64,000 nt of DNA from Octopus vulgaris (Eukaryota), in the NCBI GenBank assembly GCA_951406725.2, contig OX597828.1, positions 29,512,001 through 29,576,000 on the forward strand. The letters are read 5' to 3'. The notes beneath the pieces were generated by a model. The model did no database searches. It saw only the letters and a program-made list of their open reading frames with translations, and was not told the DNA's origin. Position 1 is the first letter of the stretch, and every line of letters starts with the position of its first letter. Made by a program: the position numbers and the translations under genes. Shown piece by piece: positions 40,582 to 55,330 of the stretch.

Positions 40582-43500
40582 GTAACTGAAAAGAGTCACA
40601 GCTAAAAGAATACGAATTTCCGCGTCGTCGTTTCCAACGTATGTCCGCCTCCAACCATACACTCAGGTCAATTTGTATTTGTTGATCTCAGGATTGTGGC
40701 AGCTATCACGACCTACTCTGTCTTCTTTCTCTCCCTTTTCTCTCTTCCACAAACACACATTCTCTCTCTTTATTCACTCTTCTCTGTCCTCCTCCTCCTC
40801 CTCCTCCTCCCCTCTCTCTCTCACTGTTCTCATATTTAAGAGCAAAGGAGAAAAAAATAACAAAAAAACTCCCTGACTCCCGACCGCGGAAAAATTATTC
40901 CATTTCCAAAATTGATATTATACCAAAAACCGGGAGTAAAGCAGAATAAATAAGAGAGAGAGAGAGAGAGAAAAAAAAAAAGACAGGGTGAGAAAGAGAA
41001 ACAGAAGAGGTAAGAAGAGAACGTGAAAGAGAGAAAGAGAAAGAAAAAGAGAGAGTGAGAGAGAGAGAAAGGGGGGTTAAAAGAGTGAGTATGTGTGTGA
41101 AAAAGAAGAATTACTAAGAGTTACAACAAGAGAAAAAGAAAAACATCTGCAAAACAAGGAAACAAACATACCAAAAATAAAAGCACAACTGCAACAACCG
41201 TAGGAGGAAGAGGAAGAGTAGCAGAAAGGAAGAGTAGGAATAGCAAGAACAATAAGAAGAACAATCGCAATACCAGCACCATCATCATTATCATCATTAC
41301 TGTTGGTTCCAGAAATTGCAAAGTATTCGAAAAGTGAATCATAGATGTATTTATAGAAGCATGAGTGTATGTACGTGCAGATGTAGGCGTGTACGTATGT
41401 GTTGTGTGTAAGTATACATGTGTGCGTATGTACAGTAGTGTTTGTGTTGTTATGCGTGAGTGCAGTGTTTGTATAAGACTAAAATTGAACAGAATCGTCG
41501 AGAAAATCACAGAGCAAAACAACCAACAAAACTTGCGAAAAGTGTTCATTTAGTACGGAATCGTTTTGATGCTATTTACATTATCTCATTATTATTATCA
41601 TTATAATTATTGTTGCTGCCATACAGAAAGAAAAAAAAATAAATAAAAGCACACATAAACAAAAATAAGCAAAGGAATTTAGAAGAAGAAAAAAGTTTGA
41701 ACGGCACAAAGTAATTTAAAATACCCAAACGAAACCAAATTAGAATTTGGTCAAGTTTCTGGAGCAAGGAGAAGAAAATTTTCTTAGTTGTTCCTCGTTA
41801 ATTCTTGTTAATGCTGGAGACCAGACGAGGCATTTGGAGAGAATGGGGTCTACTTAGCTGTTTTAATAATTCAAAGAAACATAAAAGCGAGAAAAATCCG
41901 AAGGTGAACTTGAAGAAAAGAAAATAAGAGAAGAAACCGATTATTAAATCGAATATACATATATAGATATGTATACAAATACAAATAAGATATAAATATA
42001 TCTTTAGAACTAAGATATAAGATATAAATATATCTTATAAATATAAATTTATACTTACGTGCAAACACACATAGATTTATAATATATATATATATTTATA
42101 TATATATATAAAAATATATTCAAGCACATGTACATATTTATTAATATACACACATATTGAGGCCTAAATATATATGAATAATTCCATATATTTAAAGCAT
42201 AAAGATATTTTAAGCCCCAAAAATTCGAATTTTTGCAAGGGAGAATTTAAGCTTAAAAATATTCTTACGTCGGACTTCACCCTCGTGTGATATTAATATG
42301 TATATGTCTGTTATAAGTACATGTCTTTGTAAATAACTATAAATATTGGAAAAAAGGAGTAAATGCATGCACATAAAACTTGACAGAGAATCAAATTGTT
42401 TCTGTTATAGTTACAATAAGAGAAAGTTGCAGTGTGACATCAATAACTTTTTATCTACATCGTTGTTGGAATCCAGCATATTTTATAAAATATATGAAAT
42501 AAATTCGTGAACCATCAAAACATACAAAAACAATAGCAAAAGAAACAAAAATTAATGCTCAGAGAAAACAAAAAACGTTTAAAAAGTTTATGAGTCCTGT
42601 CAATGAATTTGATAACAAATGAAAAAAAACTGCGATAAAACACATATAATTAACAAAATATAGGAAAGTAATAAAATCGAGAAAGCAACCACAACAAGGT
42701 ACTGACATCATACAAGTAAAACAGGATCAAAACCCTTTCCATTGACCTTCTGGTTTACAGTTTACTCACTGTTCTGTCAGTTCTACAAAAGAAAAGATAC
42801 TTGGTTATAGATATCTGTATAAATTCATATGTGTATATATACATATATCTAGTTATATGTTCAATCATTCTCGATTTTGTTTCCTCAACGGATTATATAC
42901 GTAACAACACGGACATTACTTTGTCTAGCACAGCAGGAATAACAACTGAAGGATATATAAAAAATAATCTTCTCTTATACTTAATAAGGAAATTACACTG
43001 AAATGTTAGCTTTTTCTCTCGCACATATTTTGGATTGTATTGAAGTTTTCTGTAATTGGGAAATATAACTATTAAAAAAATATTCAACGAGCAAATAGCA
43101 ATTTCAAATTCCTGAGAATTTTATCCATAAACGAAAACCTTAAATTTTGGAGTATCCTTCATTTTGTTCACGAAATTCAATACAAAGGAAACACATCAAA
43201 GTGAAGAGATACAAAATAATAAAAAAAAACAATTTTATAATTAAAAGGGATTATTCAATTTACCAAGAAATCTAATTCTTAAAATTGCGAAATATCGGAT
43301 TTTCGATACATGCTATCAGTGATTAGTTCACATCTGCAACTGAATAACTGGATATTCCTTAAAAAAATTGAAACCAAAAGACAATAATAACAATAACATT
43401 AACAACAACAGCAACAACAACGAATAATAATTAATTAAAAAAAAAGAAGAAAATAAAGTAACAAATTATTTATTTGGCAGAGAAAGGTTACTTCGGAAAG

Positions 43501-43664
43501 ATTCATTCTGCAATCACCGATTTTTCTCGGATATATTTCGATATTCTTTCAAATATTTATCACGCTTCAACGTTTCATGATCACCATATTTTCGTACTTT
43601 TACAACCACACTTCACAGCTATCGAAACCGCATCCTCTAGATTATTAACACTTCTTTAAATCGA

Positions 43665-43756
<92 letters not shown>

Positions 43757-43813
43757 AATTTAATTTTCTAATCTAATTATTTAATAAATATAGTTTATAT
43801 AATCTATTTTAGC

Positions 43814-43866
<53 letters not shown>

Positions 43867-44400
43867 TGCAATCATAACAGTTTATGTTTATGTTTCATCT
43901 GATAATATTTCCCAATTAACACTGGACTTCGAATATTGTTTTGATATTTCCCTTCCCTCAAACGCACTGCGTTTATACATATAGCTGTGTAAAACTAATA
44001 TAAACTCATAGAATTTACCCTAACCGTATAGGAAAATACATATACACACACACGTACAGATATCATATATATATTTACAAACTGAAGTCGATTTGTATTT
44101 TCATATATTGTGCCAACCAACAAGTACAACAGCTGGTTTTTTAAAAAAACAAACCCCGAATATTATTGAGGATAAGCGAGGAAAAACGTGCGAAACTTCA
44201 GTTAAAACACGAGTTGTAAAACGCTCGGTGACACACAAACGCACACACAGAAACGATATATATATATATATATATAGATATATTAATAAAGGGCTGCAGG
44301 TCAAATGTTTTAAGCTTATTACAAGGCATGTAAATAAGTGTACATAAAATGGACATGAATGAACAATGCCTAACCGATCAAGTATAAATTACAAATATTG

Positions 44401-44455
<55 letters not shown>

Positions 44456-44589
44456 TAATTACTGCTAACATTATTATTATTATTTAATCCAGTGCAGTTA
44501 TGTATGTACTTTATAACCGAAAGAAATAACAGCACTGAAAAAAACCCCAAAGCTAACAGTATACTGATATATAATTTAACTTCTGACAG

Positions 44590-44635
<46 letters not shown>

Positions 44636-44653
44636 ACACACACACACACACGT

Positions 44654-44697
<44 letters not shown>

Positions 44698-44975
44698 CTA
44701 TTTCTCCTTAACGAAATTCTCTAATAACCAAATGAAAGGTGAAAATAAATCAATAACAAAATTTAGGTTTCACGCATACAGACTTGTTAGTAATCACACG
44801 AAAAGGAAAAAGAAAAGAGAAATTAAGAGTAAATTGCTAACGAGCAGTCTGTAACACATGACTGGTAACTAATTGTACTTACCTGTGGACAGGTAAATTT
44901 AGTAATTTTTTTCAAGCTATTCTCGTATGGTTGGCACAACAAAACAGGTAGTAGAAAAGTGTTTAGGGTGACTGG

Positions 44976-44995
44976 ATTGGATTGGATTGGATTGG
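44976..44995 (+). promoter_or_regulatory. Four tandem ATTGG (reverse CCAAT) motifs 75-95 bp upstream of the ATG
   Basis: ATTGGATTGGATTGGATTGG. It may simply be a pentanucleotide microsatellite. Confidence 0.2.
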
Positions 44996-45069
44996 TGTGG
45001 TCAGAAACGACGTCTCACTTGCCAAAGTTTTCTGGCCTACGAATGCTGATAGAGATCAAAGAAGGAAAC

Positions 45070-47091
45070 ATGGCGAGCAACGAAGAAATCAATAGGAATG
45101 AGAGAGAACTTTCAACGGTGTCTGGCACACCTGAACCACAACAGCAGCAACAGCAGCAGCAGCAGCAGCAGCCAGAGAAAGACCAGAAACAAAAACCACC
45201 TCCACCGTCACCGTCACCGTTACCAGCCCAACAAGAACAACAAGAACAACAAGAAGAAGAACGTCAAGGACAACAACACCAACAATATCAAAAACATGAA
45301 AAGCACAAGTCACAGGTGACTCACCGTTCGACGTCGATACCTATGTACACGCATCACCACCACCAACACCACCAGTTACAGCAACAGCAGCAGCAGCAGC
45401 AGCAGCAACAACAACAACAACAACCACAACAACAACAAGGACAACAACGTCAACAGCAACATATGTCGAACAAACAAAAACAACAGCAGTCTACGCAAAA
45501 TGTCAGGCAACATAGATCGCCTCAACAAAGAAAACACTCGGTGACGAAACAGACGTCTCAGCACCAACAACAACAACAACAACAACAGCAACTACAACAA
45601 CAACAACAATCCCAGCTCCAACAGTTGCAACAGCAACAGCAACAAAGACGTAAGCCATTCCAATCTCAATTCCAGCAGCAGCAGCAGCAACAACAACAAT
45701 CAGAGCTGCAGCAGCAGCAGCAGCAGCGGCCACTGACGGCTCGGTTTTCTCCAAGGCCGCAGCAGAGAGCCCCAAGACCCTTGCAACAAAGGGCTCTACA
45801 GCAGCCGCAGCAGTCGCAGCAGCTGCAGCAGCAGTTGCAACAGCAACAACAGCAGCAGCAGCAGCAACAGCAACATCAGCAACATTCAAAATCTTCACAA
45901 CGAGCATCGCAAAAGTCTAGAGTATCGCAACAGTCTTCTCAATCGAGTCAACATGATCAGCTGCAACAGCAAGAGGCACAGCAGCAGCAACAGCAGCAGC
46001 AGCAGCCGAAACCACAACGACAGCAAAAGCAGCAGCAGCAGCGGCGGCCTCGTTCTAAAGAGCGATCAAAACAACAGCTGTCAGAAAGACAGGAAAGTGA
46101 CGATCGGCCTCGACGAAGAGAAAGTCACCCAGAATCGGAACCAGAAGAACAGACATCACATAAATACGGACATCAGAATGGTGACATGGGCGAATACGAT
46201 GGCGCCAGCTCTAAAAAGGAAACAGAATACCACAAAAGTCTTGAAGTGGGAAAAACACCTGATACGTTTCCGTGTGGTCATGTCTTATGCCACAACTGTA
46301 TTCGGAAGCATCTGAAGTCGCGGGAGGCTGAGCTGAAGTGTCCTGTCTGCGACCAAGCTGTCGAAATCAATGTCCCCATACATGGCACTGCAGTAGCTTA
46401 CGACGATGAAGATGAAAGCAATGTAATGCTTGTATCCAATTTCGACGACATTGTTCGCAAGTTTAACGGCATCAACTACAACCTCCGTCGGTTAAAAGAG
46501 GAATCTGTGCAATCACGAAGTGTAGGGATGACTTTCTCTTCCAGTATGTGCCACATGTGTGAAGAGGATCACGGAACACTCAGAGTGATTCAAGAATTCA
46601 ACAAACTTTCCGTCAACCACCAACGCCCAACTGTCAGGCCCGACCACTACTTTTATAGGTTGTGTCACGGCCAGATCGTCACCTCTTTCTACAGCAAAGT
46701 TAACTCTGCGTGTGTTTGCGTGCCGTGCACTTACAAAAATCTTCAGGCCACGCAGAACTTCCCCGAGCTGAAGTTTGACGCGGAGGACTGTTCTGTGTCC
46801 AACCGACAGTTATGTTTAGCCGAAGTCGGGAAGCTTATCGTCCGCAACCAAACTCCACTCACCTGCATGCAAGGCAAGAACGTTATAGACGTTGACCACA
46901 AAATCAAAGTTACAGAAAGGGCTGACGAATTTGATTTTCATCATACATCGCACCAAATTAAGAGACTGATTAAACAACAAGAGAAGAACCTGATCCAATT
47001 GGCTAGCAAGCAGGTTAGGGATACGGGACGACTATATTACATTCAAGAGAGCAGTTCTATTGAGCATAACCCAAATGAAACTGTGGTATAA
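45070..47091 (+). CDS. 673-aa polyglutamine-rich protein with degenerate RING, degenerate B-boxes and coiled coil (TRIM/RBCC-like)
   Basis: 2.1-kb open frame. ATG in good context (AACATGG) at 45070. Q tracts use mixed CAA/CAG codons. Motifs are PCGHVLCHNC..CPVC (RING ligands 3-8), MCHMCEEDH..H and CH..FYS..CVCVPC (B-box remnants), and a helical IKRLIKQQEKNLIQL segment. Confidence 0.88.
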   Translation: MASNEEINRNERELSTVSGTPEPQQQQQQQQQQQPEKDQKQKPPPPSPSPLPAQQEQQEQQEEERQGQQHQQYQKHEKHKSQVTHRSTSIPMYTHHHHQHHQLQQQQQQQQQQQQQQQPQQQQGQQRQQQHMSNKQKQQQSTQNVRQHRSPQQRKHSVTKQTSQHQQQQQQQQQLQQQQQSQLQQLQQQQQQRRKPFQSQFQQQQQQQQQSELQQQQQQRPLTARFSPRPQQRAPRPLQQRALQQPQQSQQLQQQLQQQQQQQQQQQQHQQHSKSSQRASQKSRVSQQSSQSSQHDQLQQQEAQQQQQQQQQPKPQRQQKQQQQRRPRSKERSKQQLSERQESDDRPRRRESHPESEPEEQTSHKYGHQNGDMGEYDGASSKKETEYHKSLEVGKTPDTFPCGHVLCHNCIRKHLKSREAELKCPVCDQAVEINVPIHGTAVAYDDEDESNVMLVSNFDDIVRKFNGINYNLRRLKEESVQSRSVGMTFSSSMCHMCEEDHGTLRVIQEFNKLSVNHQRPTVRPDHYFYRLCHGQIVTSFYSKVNSACVCVPCTYKNLQATQNFPELKFDAEDCSVSNRQLCLAEVGKLIVRNQTPLTCMQGKNVIDVDHKIKVTERADEFDFHHTSHQIKRLIKQQEKNLIQLASKQVRDTGRLYYIQESSSIEHNPNETVV

Positions 47092-47542
47092 GAGAAAGAG
47101 GCAGAGAGAGAGGCAAACGAAAAGAAATCAGTGCCGAAGAGAACAACAATGGAAGACGAAGAAGTTTTGTCGGAGGAAGAAAATGATAGAAGTGAAGATG
47201 AAGATTAGATACGTGGAAATGAAAGCAAGCAAATAAAAGGGTAAAGCTGGTGACCGAATGAGAAACAAGTAACACCAAACATGAACAAAGAGACAAAGAA
47301 AAGGAGAAACTCAAAAAATGGAGAGGAAAAATCCGTAGAGACTTTAACTTGAAAATATGATTTCACTTCTTGGAACGCATTAACATTCCACAACTGCTAT
47401 CATTCATACGTAAATACATACATACATACATACATACATACATACATACATACATACATACATACATACATACATACATACATACATACATACATACATA
47501 CATACATACATACATACATTCATACATACATACCTACATACA

Positions 47543-47577
<35 letters not shown>

Positions 47578-48077
47578 TTATTTATATCACCAGCAGTAAC
47601 ATCAGGATATTAACAGAATGTTAAACGGCAATTGGATTAAATTAACAGCGACATTTGAAACAGTGGCAAGAAGAAATAAGCGCATAGATAATTGCTGTTG
47701 ATGCTATCAGCAGATAATATAACAACAGCAACAGCAATGTTTTAATGTATAACAGAATCCATTATTTAAAGCCATTTTGAATAATAATAATAATAATAAC
47801 AACAACAACAACTACAACAATAGCAACACACAAGCAGCAACACGTGCTGTAGGAAAGGTGCTGACATTGCAGCGAAATGGGTATTGTTTTTGCTATTACT
47901 GTTTCAACAACATCAGCAATAAGAATGGCATTAACTATTATAACAATAACAACAACAACAACAACGTGAACAAAACCAAAACGTATTGATGTTTAAGTAA
48001 ATGTAATTACATCGAAAAAAAAGTTAGAGGTTATTTACCAAAAAAAAAAAAAATAAAGAAACAAAAGTACAAAGCGA

Positions 48078-48130
<53 letters not shown>

Positions 48131-48805
48131 TAATAATAGTACTGACAACAACAATTTTAATATGAAGAACCGCGATCACAGGAACACAATATAGATACAT
48201 AATATAAAAACGATAGTAACATTGCATATGAATTATTAAACAAAATCAACCAGCCGGAATAATGCTTATGAAATAGAAGTTTTAATGCTGATTAACAACA
48301 AGCACAACAATAACAGCAATGGCACGGACAACCTTGCCTGATTAAATAGAAACATAACAACAGAAACTACAGAAATATGAATGAACATCATCTAAAGTCA
48401 TCCGAAAGCTGAACGTAAGTCATTCGGTTTATTTTGTAATAACTACACTTATAGTACTAAATTATTTTACACTCGTATGTCAAAGTTGGTGGCAGTTTTG
48501 TGCTTATGTTTATAGCCCATTTGTCTGACAAACAATGACCGTAACTATTCATGTATTGCTGAAACAGTTGTTGCTTTGGATATGCAAAACATAGCAAAAA
48601 CAGAAAAAAAAAAATGGTGTATAAATATATATATATGGAGTGTGTGTAAAAATTGTTCTTAAGAGCCACAGAAAACTACCAAGAATAACATCCACAAATG
48701 TTTCAACGGAAATGAAATCCTTAATCCAGAAAAATTGAAATAATTCTCCTGAAATTCTTAACACTAATTCACTGATTCGAATTACCGCTTACCCAGATTT
48801 ATTTG

Positions 48806-48865
<60 letters not shown>

Positions 48866-49281
48866 TACATACAAATATGCTCAAAGAGAACGTAAAAGTG
48901 TATATACATATACATATATATGTATACACATACATACATACATTCATACATACAACACGCATGCATACACACATAATGAAATATGTATTCAAATATGATT
49001 TTATACATATATGCACACATACACACAAACACGCGCATACATATTTATATATGTATATACATCTATACTTAAATGAATTTATGTATGTGTTGAATTTCCC
49101 ACACATTTCCTTCACAATAATTATAAATCTTCGTTGAATTATGGCATCAAAATATCGAATGTTAAAAATACCAACAGTAACAACAACAACTTTAAGTAAA
49201 ACATGACATCTCATAATTAAAAGGATTATATAAACGAAGGATTATTCAAACAGGAAAGAAAAAAATCACAAATATACATGA

Positions 49282-49322
<41 letters not shown>

Positions 49323-50538
49323 ATGATATATAAGTGATGAGTACATTTCTTCCAGACATCGGCTTCCAAATACTTATGGAAAACGAAAAGAAAAAAAAAA
49401 AACAGTTATGAAAATTTTGAATGAAAAGAATTACTAGGAAATGAACTTTATAAATAAATATATTTAACAAAGGACTGTCAAAGGGAAGGAAGGAAGGAAG
49501 GAGGTAAAGAATTTCTAACGTTACTGGCAAAATGTTTCAAAGTATACCGAATTAATAAAAAAGATTAAAAAAAAAATATGGTTCCTTGCAAGAAGGAAAA
49601 AAAAATCGGCGGAATCAATTGGTTTAAGTCTTTCAATGTTAAAATACTGAGAAAAAAAAATGTATAATGTCAATTTCTTCCAAACGCTCTCTCTCTTTTT
49701 TCTTTTTCTCTTATTCTCTCTAGTTGTGACTCATCAAAAACAAATAACAAAAAAAAAATAAAAAATAAAAAAATAAAAATAAAAATACAAAATATAAGGA
49801 TACGAAAAAACTGCAAAAATCCTCTACTTTTTACCTAAACGGTTGTTGAATGGTTGCAATGTTCTGCATTGTGATTTCATTGTTGTACTGCACTTTTTTT
49901 AATGCTAAACTGTCTCTTACAGATTAAGACTCTGGAAAGCGTGCATCGGTGCAGTAAAGAATCTTGTTATATAATATGTACATACATGAGTTTTTCTTTT
50001 GCCTCTGATATTCAGCTCATCCGGTGTGATCAGTCATTGCATGGGTATACAGGCTAATATACATATATATATATATAACTCAATATATACATTAAGGAGT
50101 TAGATATCACTAAAAATAATAATAATGATATTAATAATATTAATAATAATAATAATCATACGATAATTAACAACCGAGTATGAAAGCTTATAATGTGCTG
50201 AAAGAGACCCTGTGAAACCTCTGACAGCAGGCTGCTGTCCGCTCTGACAGAATCTACCAGAACAAACAAGACCGAACGTTTTGAGAAGTAAAACACTAAT
50301 GATAATTATAATTTCAATAAAAGCGATAAAAATAATTATAAAGTCGATAAGCAGCGACTATAAATATGTAATTTATTAATGACATGTTTGTATAGAATAA
50401 AACTAAAACATAAAACAGACATTATGTAAATTACGTATTTAGTGCAAAAATAAAAAAAAATAAGTCGTAAATTCAGAGGGATCCATCATATGGATATATA
50501 TGGATGTGTGCATGTATATATTATATATAAGCTGTATA

Positions 50539-50614
<76 letters not shown>

Positions 50615-51498
50615 GTATATATATATGTATATATATATATATAAATAAATAAATATGTACATATATATTCATACATACACATGTATGTATACACTTACGT
50701 ACATATATATGTGTGTGTATATACATACATAGATATGCATGCATATATATATATATATGTATATATGTACACATATATGTACATGCATGTATATATATAT
50801 ATATATCATACATAATGTATATTTTATATATATACATACATACATACATACATATATATATGTTACATACTACGTACACACATGCTACATACACACACAT
50901 GCATACATACATACATACATATCTATGTGTTTGTGTGTGTGTGTGAGTATCTGTGCGTGAGTGTAAGAGCATGCGTGTTTGTAGAATATGTATTTAAATC
51001 CTACATACAGAAAAGGGAAGAGCATTTCGCAAATTTGTTTAAACTAAACGCATAGAATAAACGAATTACTTATGTATACTTAAGTATGGACAACCCCAAG
51101 CTGTTTACTTTCCTAATTTCTGTTTTGGAGTTTTGTTGTGCATTACACTTACAAAACCGTTTTGTTCTGTACTTGGTAGCATTAAAGAAATTCTTTAGGT
51201 GTAATATTTAAGCTTGTAACAAAATAAATATTAAATATGGAGAGAAATTTTAAATATTTTTTTTTGCGATTTCGCACGCAATAAACAGAATAATTAAAAA
51301 TATAATCAGATTAACAGCTATTTATCGTGATTACATAAATTTTATATAATTTATGAAGTCATCTTACTTAACGACAATAAACAGAGTGTAAAAGTCAGGA
51401 AATTTATTAAATTTATTCCGTGATTTGTAAGATGGCGAAGCACACACATACACGCATACACTCACACACACACACACACATATATGCGTGTATATATT

Positions 51499-51552
<54 letters not shown>

Positions 51553-51578
51553 TATATATACATATATATATGTATATA

Positions 51579-51632
<54 letters not shown>

Positions 51633-51656
51633 TATGTATGTTTTATACACACAAAC

Positions 51657-51688
<32 letters not shown>

Positions 51689-51705
51689 GTATCTATGTAT
51701 GTATT

Positions 51706-51749
<44 letters not shown>

Positions 51750-52442
51750 TATATGAATATGTATGTGTGTGTTTATATATACATGCATACGTGCACATTT
51801 CTATGTATATAAAGTTATGTCGATCATATGGATGATCATATGGATGTTATTACTGATCAATATATGGATGATAAAAATGATGATGTTTTTGATGAGTTTG
51901 GCTAGGAGAGAGATGATATTTATAATACTGCTGTGAGGAGGAGGAGGAGAGTGTTTCGATGTGCTAACATAACAATTTGAATTTAATATTAAGTCGAAAA
52001 TGGTGATGATGATGACGAATGTCATGATGAACTGGATAAGTTTCTGGGTGATGAGGAAGATAGTTGACTAAATTTCTGGAAAAATTGTTTTCACCTTTTT
52101 TTAATATCTTTTGTGATATTTAATGTTATTTAATATATAACAAAGCCACGAAATATATCTATAAATCTATAATACTACTAATAATAGCAATAATAGTGAT
52201 AGCAATAATCATATTAAGAAGAAGAAAAGTTTTTTTTTCTTTTTTTTGCTTCTGTGCATCCCTTACAAGCCAAAGAATGTGAATTCCGATAACAGGAATG
52301 GAGAGAAAATTTTACAGGGTTTATCAGTAACTTTGCGTTTGCGCATGTGCGGAAAATATTGTTTTATGATTTATTTATCTTTTCATTTTTAACGTTCCCC
52401 CACTTTCCCATGAACAAAAAGGTATGACAAATGAACAGATAA

Positions 52443-52473
<31 letters not shown>

Positions 52474-52544
52474 GATATATGTATATACATATATAGGCAC
52501 ATGTGTATATATGTGTGTTTATATGAATATATACATACATAAAT

Positions 52545-52593
<49 letters not shown>

Positions 52594-53747
52594 ACATACA
52601 TATATACATATATGTATATATACACACACACACATATATATATACATATGAACTGGGCTCAGAAAAACATAGGAACTGTATAACCACCACAATCATTTCA
52701 CACACAAGATCAGTGAATACATTAATGCCCACATGTAAAACGCAATGAAGTAAATTTAAAATTTATTTCTCCCTCATCACAGGAAATCTGAGCTAGCATT
52801 TTAGGAAACCAGGAAGACCTGCATGTGAGAAGTAACAGCTGTGTAGTTATTTAACTATATTCATTGTATTATAAAATAAGTCCCTAAGAGCGCTTCGAAA
52901 ATTGGACTATGTATAGCATCGAGAAAAACTATATAAAAATGTTTAAGTTTGTAATATAAATTTCAAAATAATCAGCAACTCGTAATAATATCGATGATAG
53001 TGTTTTCTTTTTTGTTTTTATTTCTAATGTCTTAAAAGCGTGAAATACTTTGAGCAAAACTGACCGGTGTGTAGAGCCCTCATCTCATCTGATGTTTTAA
53101 TTTGGTTTTCTGAGAGCTGGAGAGGTGAAGTGAGGTGAGGTGAGGTGAGATGATGTGCGGTGAGGCTAATGTGTTATAAATTGACTGACTTTCTGTGACA
53201 AAAAAAAAAAGGTAGAAATTTGTTTTGTTGGTATTGAATGAGACACAGAGACACACATCAAGTTTGAGAGGTTGGCTAATACGCAAACAAATATTAAAAG
53301 AAATATGAAACAGAAGGAAACTAAAACAAAAATAACAAACAGAAAGAAAAGTAGAAAAAACAAACAAAAAAGAACGAGACAGAGAAATCTACTGAAAGTC
53401 AGGAAATTAATCGCGGATTGTTAGAACTGGATAAATTCTCCTTACAAATGTTTTAACCATTTTGAATTTTAATACACGGTTTGATCTTTTGAAACTAATG
53501 TTATCAAATTTTTTATTACTACCTGATAATTTTTGATTATTTAAAAAAGAAAAAAAAAACAAAAAACCACCAACAACACCATTTGTGTAATTAGTATGTC
53601 AATAGCGTTTTTTTCTAAAAAATATACTTATATAATTATAGTTATGCAAATGCCTCCATATGTTTTTCGATCAGCAGAGGAGTGTGTAGTTAAATGTTTG
53701 TATATATATATTTCTATCTAAAATACTTTTTGATTTTTAAAACAATT

Positions 53748-53924
<177 letters not shown>

Positions 53925-54207
53925 GTATCTATATATATATGCATATGTATCTATATATATATATATATGTGTGCGTGTGTGTATGTATATGTATATATAT
54001 ATATATATATATATGGACTATACATATATATATACATACATACATATATATGTGGGGGGTGCGAACATTTATATATGTTATATGTATGTATATGTGAACA
54101 TGTGTGTGTGTATGTAAGAGTGACAATACAAATTTGATAAAATATATGATTGATTTGTAAGCAACACGTTTCGTTGAAGGTGACATCAGCGTTACTCACC
54201 AATGCAT

Positions 54208-54263
<56 letters not shown>

Positions 54264-54312
54264 TATATTTATATGTATATAATATATATATATGTATATA
54301 TATATGTGTATG

Positions 54313-54370
<58 letters not shown>

Positions 54371-54967
54371 TGCATAGGGGTGTGTGCATAGGGGTGATAG
54401 TTGGAAGAAGAAACAATTTGATCAACTGAGAACTTGAATCTCTTTTTGAACATTTATAAATATATTTGAAATTGTGATAAATACGAGAAAAAAAATGTAA
54501 AAAGATCTGTTGAGATGTTTTGAATTTTAATCATTTCTTTTTCTGGGATAATTCTATGTCTTCTTTCTGTTTGTCTTACTAAACCAACACAAACAAGGTG
54601 ATGAAAAGCAGCTTCCAAGAGAAAACAATGCAAAAGAAAAAAAAATGCGTTTTAATTCTATAACAGATTTGGTAAAAGCAAAACACATACAGGGGAAATA
54701 CAAAAGTAAACAAACACAACATCGAATCACTGAAATTAAAATCCATGGACGAGAGAGATTTACTGGGTTTCATATTTACTGATATCAAATTTTCATCTTT
54801 CTCGCTTTTTCTTGTAAACACGATCGGAGGATTGTAAACGAATTTAACCAGTTTCGGAATTTGTGAAGTGTTCCTGTATAAGTTACTTCACGTTAAAATA
54901 TCTGTTTAATATACTCATATTATTCTTAGCAAAATCAAGGTTCAAATTAGAGGTGATTACAATACAT

Positions 54968-55330
54968 ATATCCTCGTTTATCACGGGATTTGTGTAAAAA
55001 AATATAACGTGATAAATGAATCAACTCCACATCTTTTGTTAATGGTTCGAACTAAACTCGTGGCTCATAGCGAAGTTTCCGCCGTCACGTATTTTCTTGA
55101 TCATCTGTACCTTTTCCCGCAGAGAATGCACTTGTTTGCATGGTATTTTAAGATCGGTCATTTTCGCATTTTCTGTTCACTTTGATAGGTAAGTGTACGT
55201 AAATCCGTATAAAACACCCGCAGCCACGTGATCACAGGCTTGCGTTTTTGCACTACAAACAGAATCATCGACTGGTTTCGCCTTCCTGTGTTTATTAGTG
55301 ATAAATCCGTGATAAGCATAACACACCGTG
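54968..55330. mobile_element. Possible Tigger/pogo-like DNA transposon remnant
   Basis: CCTCGTTTATCACGGGATTT near the left end and inverted AAATCCGTGATAAGC near 55303. Confidence 0.35.

Noticed and set aside
44959-45069. 37-codon N-terminal extension of the 710-aa ORF
   Set aside because: It starts at GTG under a prokaryote-style caller. The ATG at 45070 has the best Kozak-like context. An in-frame ATG at 45043 is in weaker context and cannot be fully excluded.
45089-46315. Alternative-frame and antisense poly-Ala/Leu/Ser/Val ORFs
   Set aside because: They are shadows of the CAG/CAA tracts of the main ORF.
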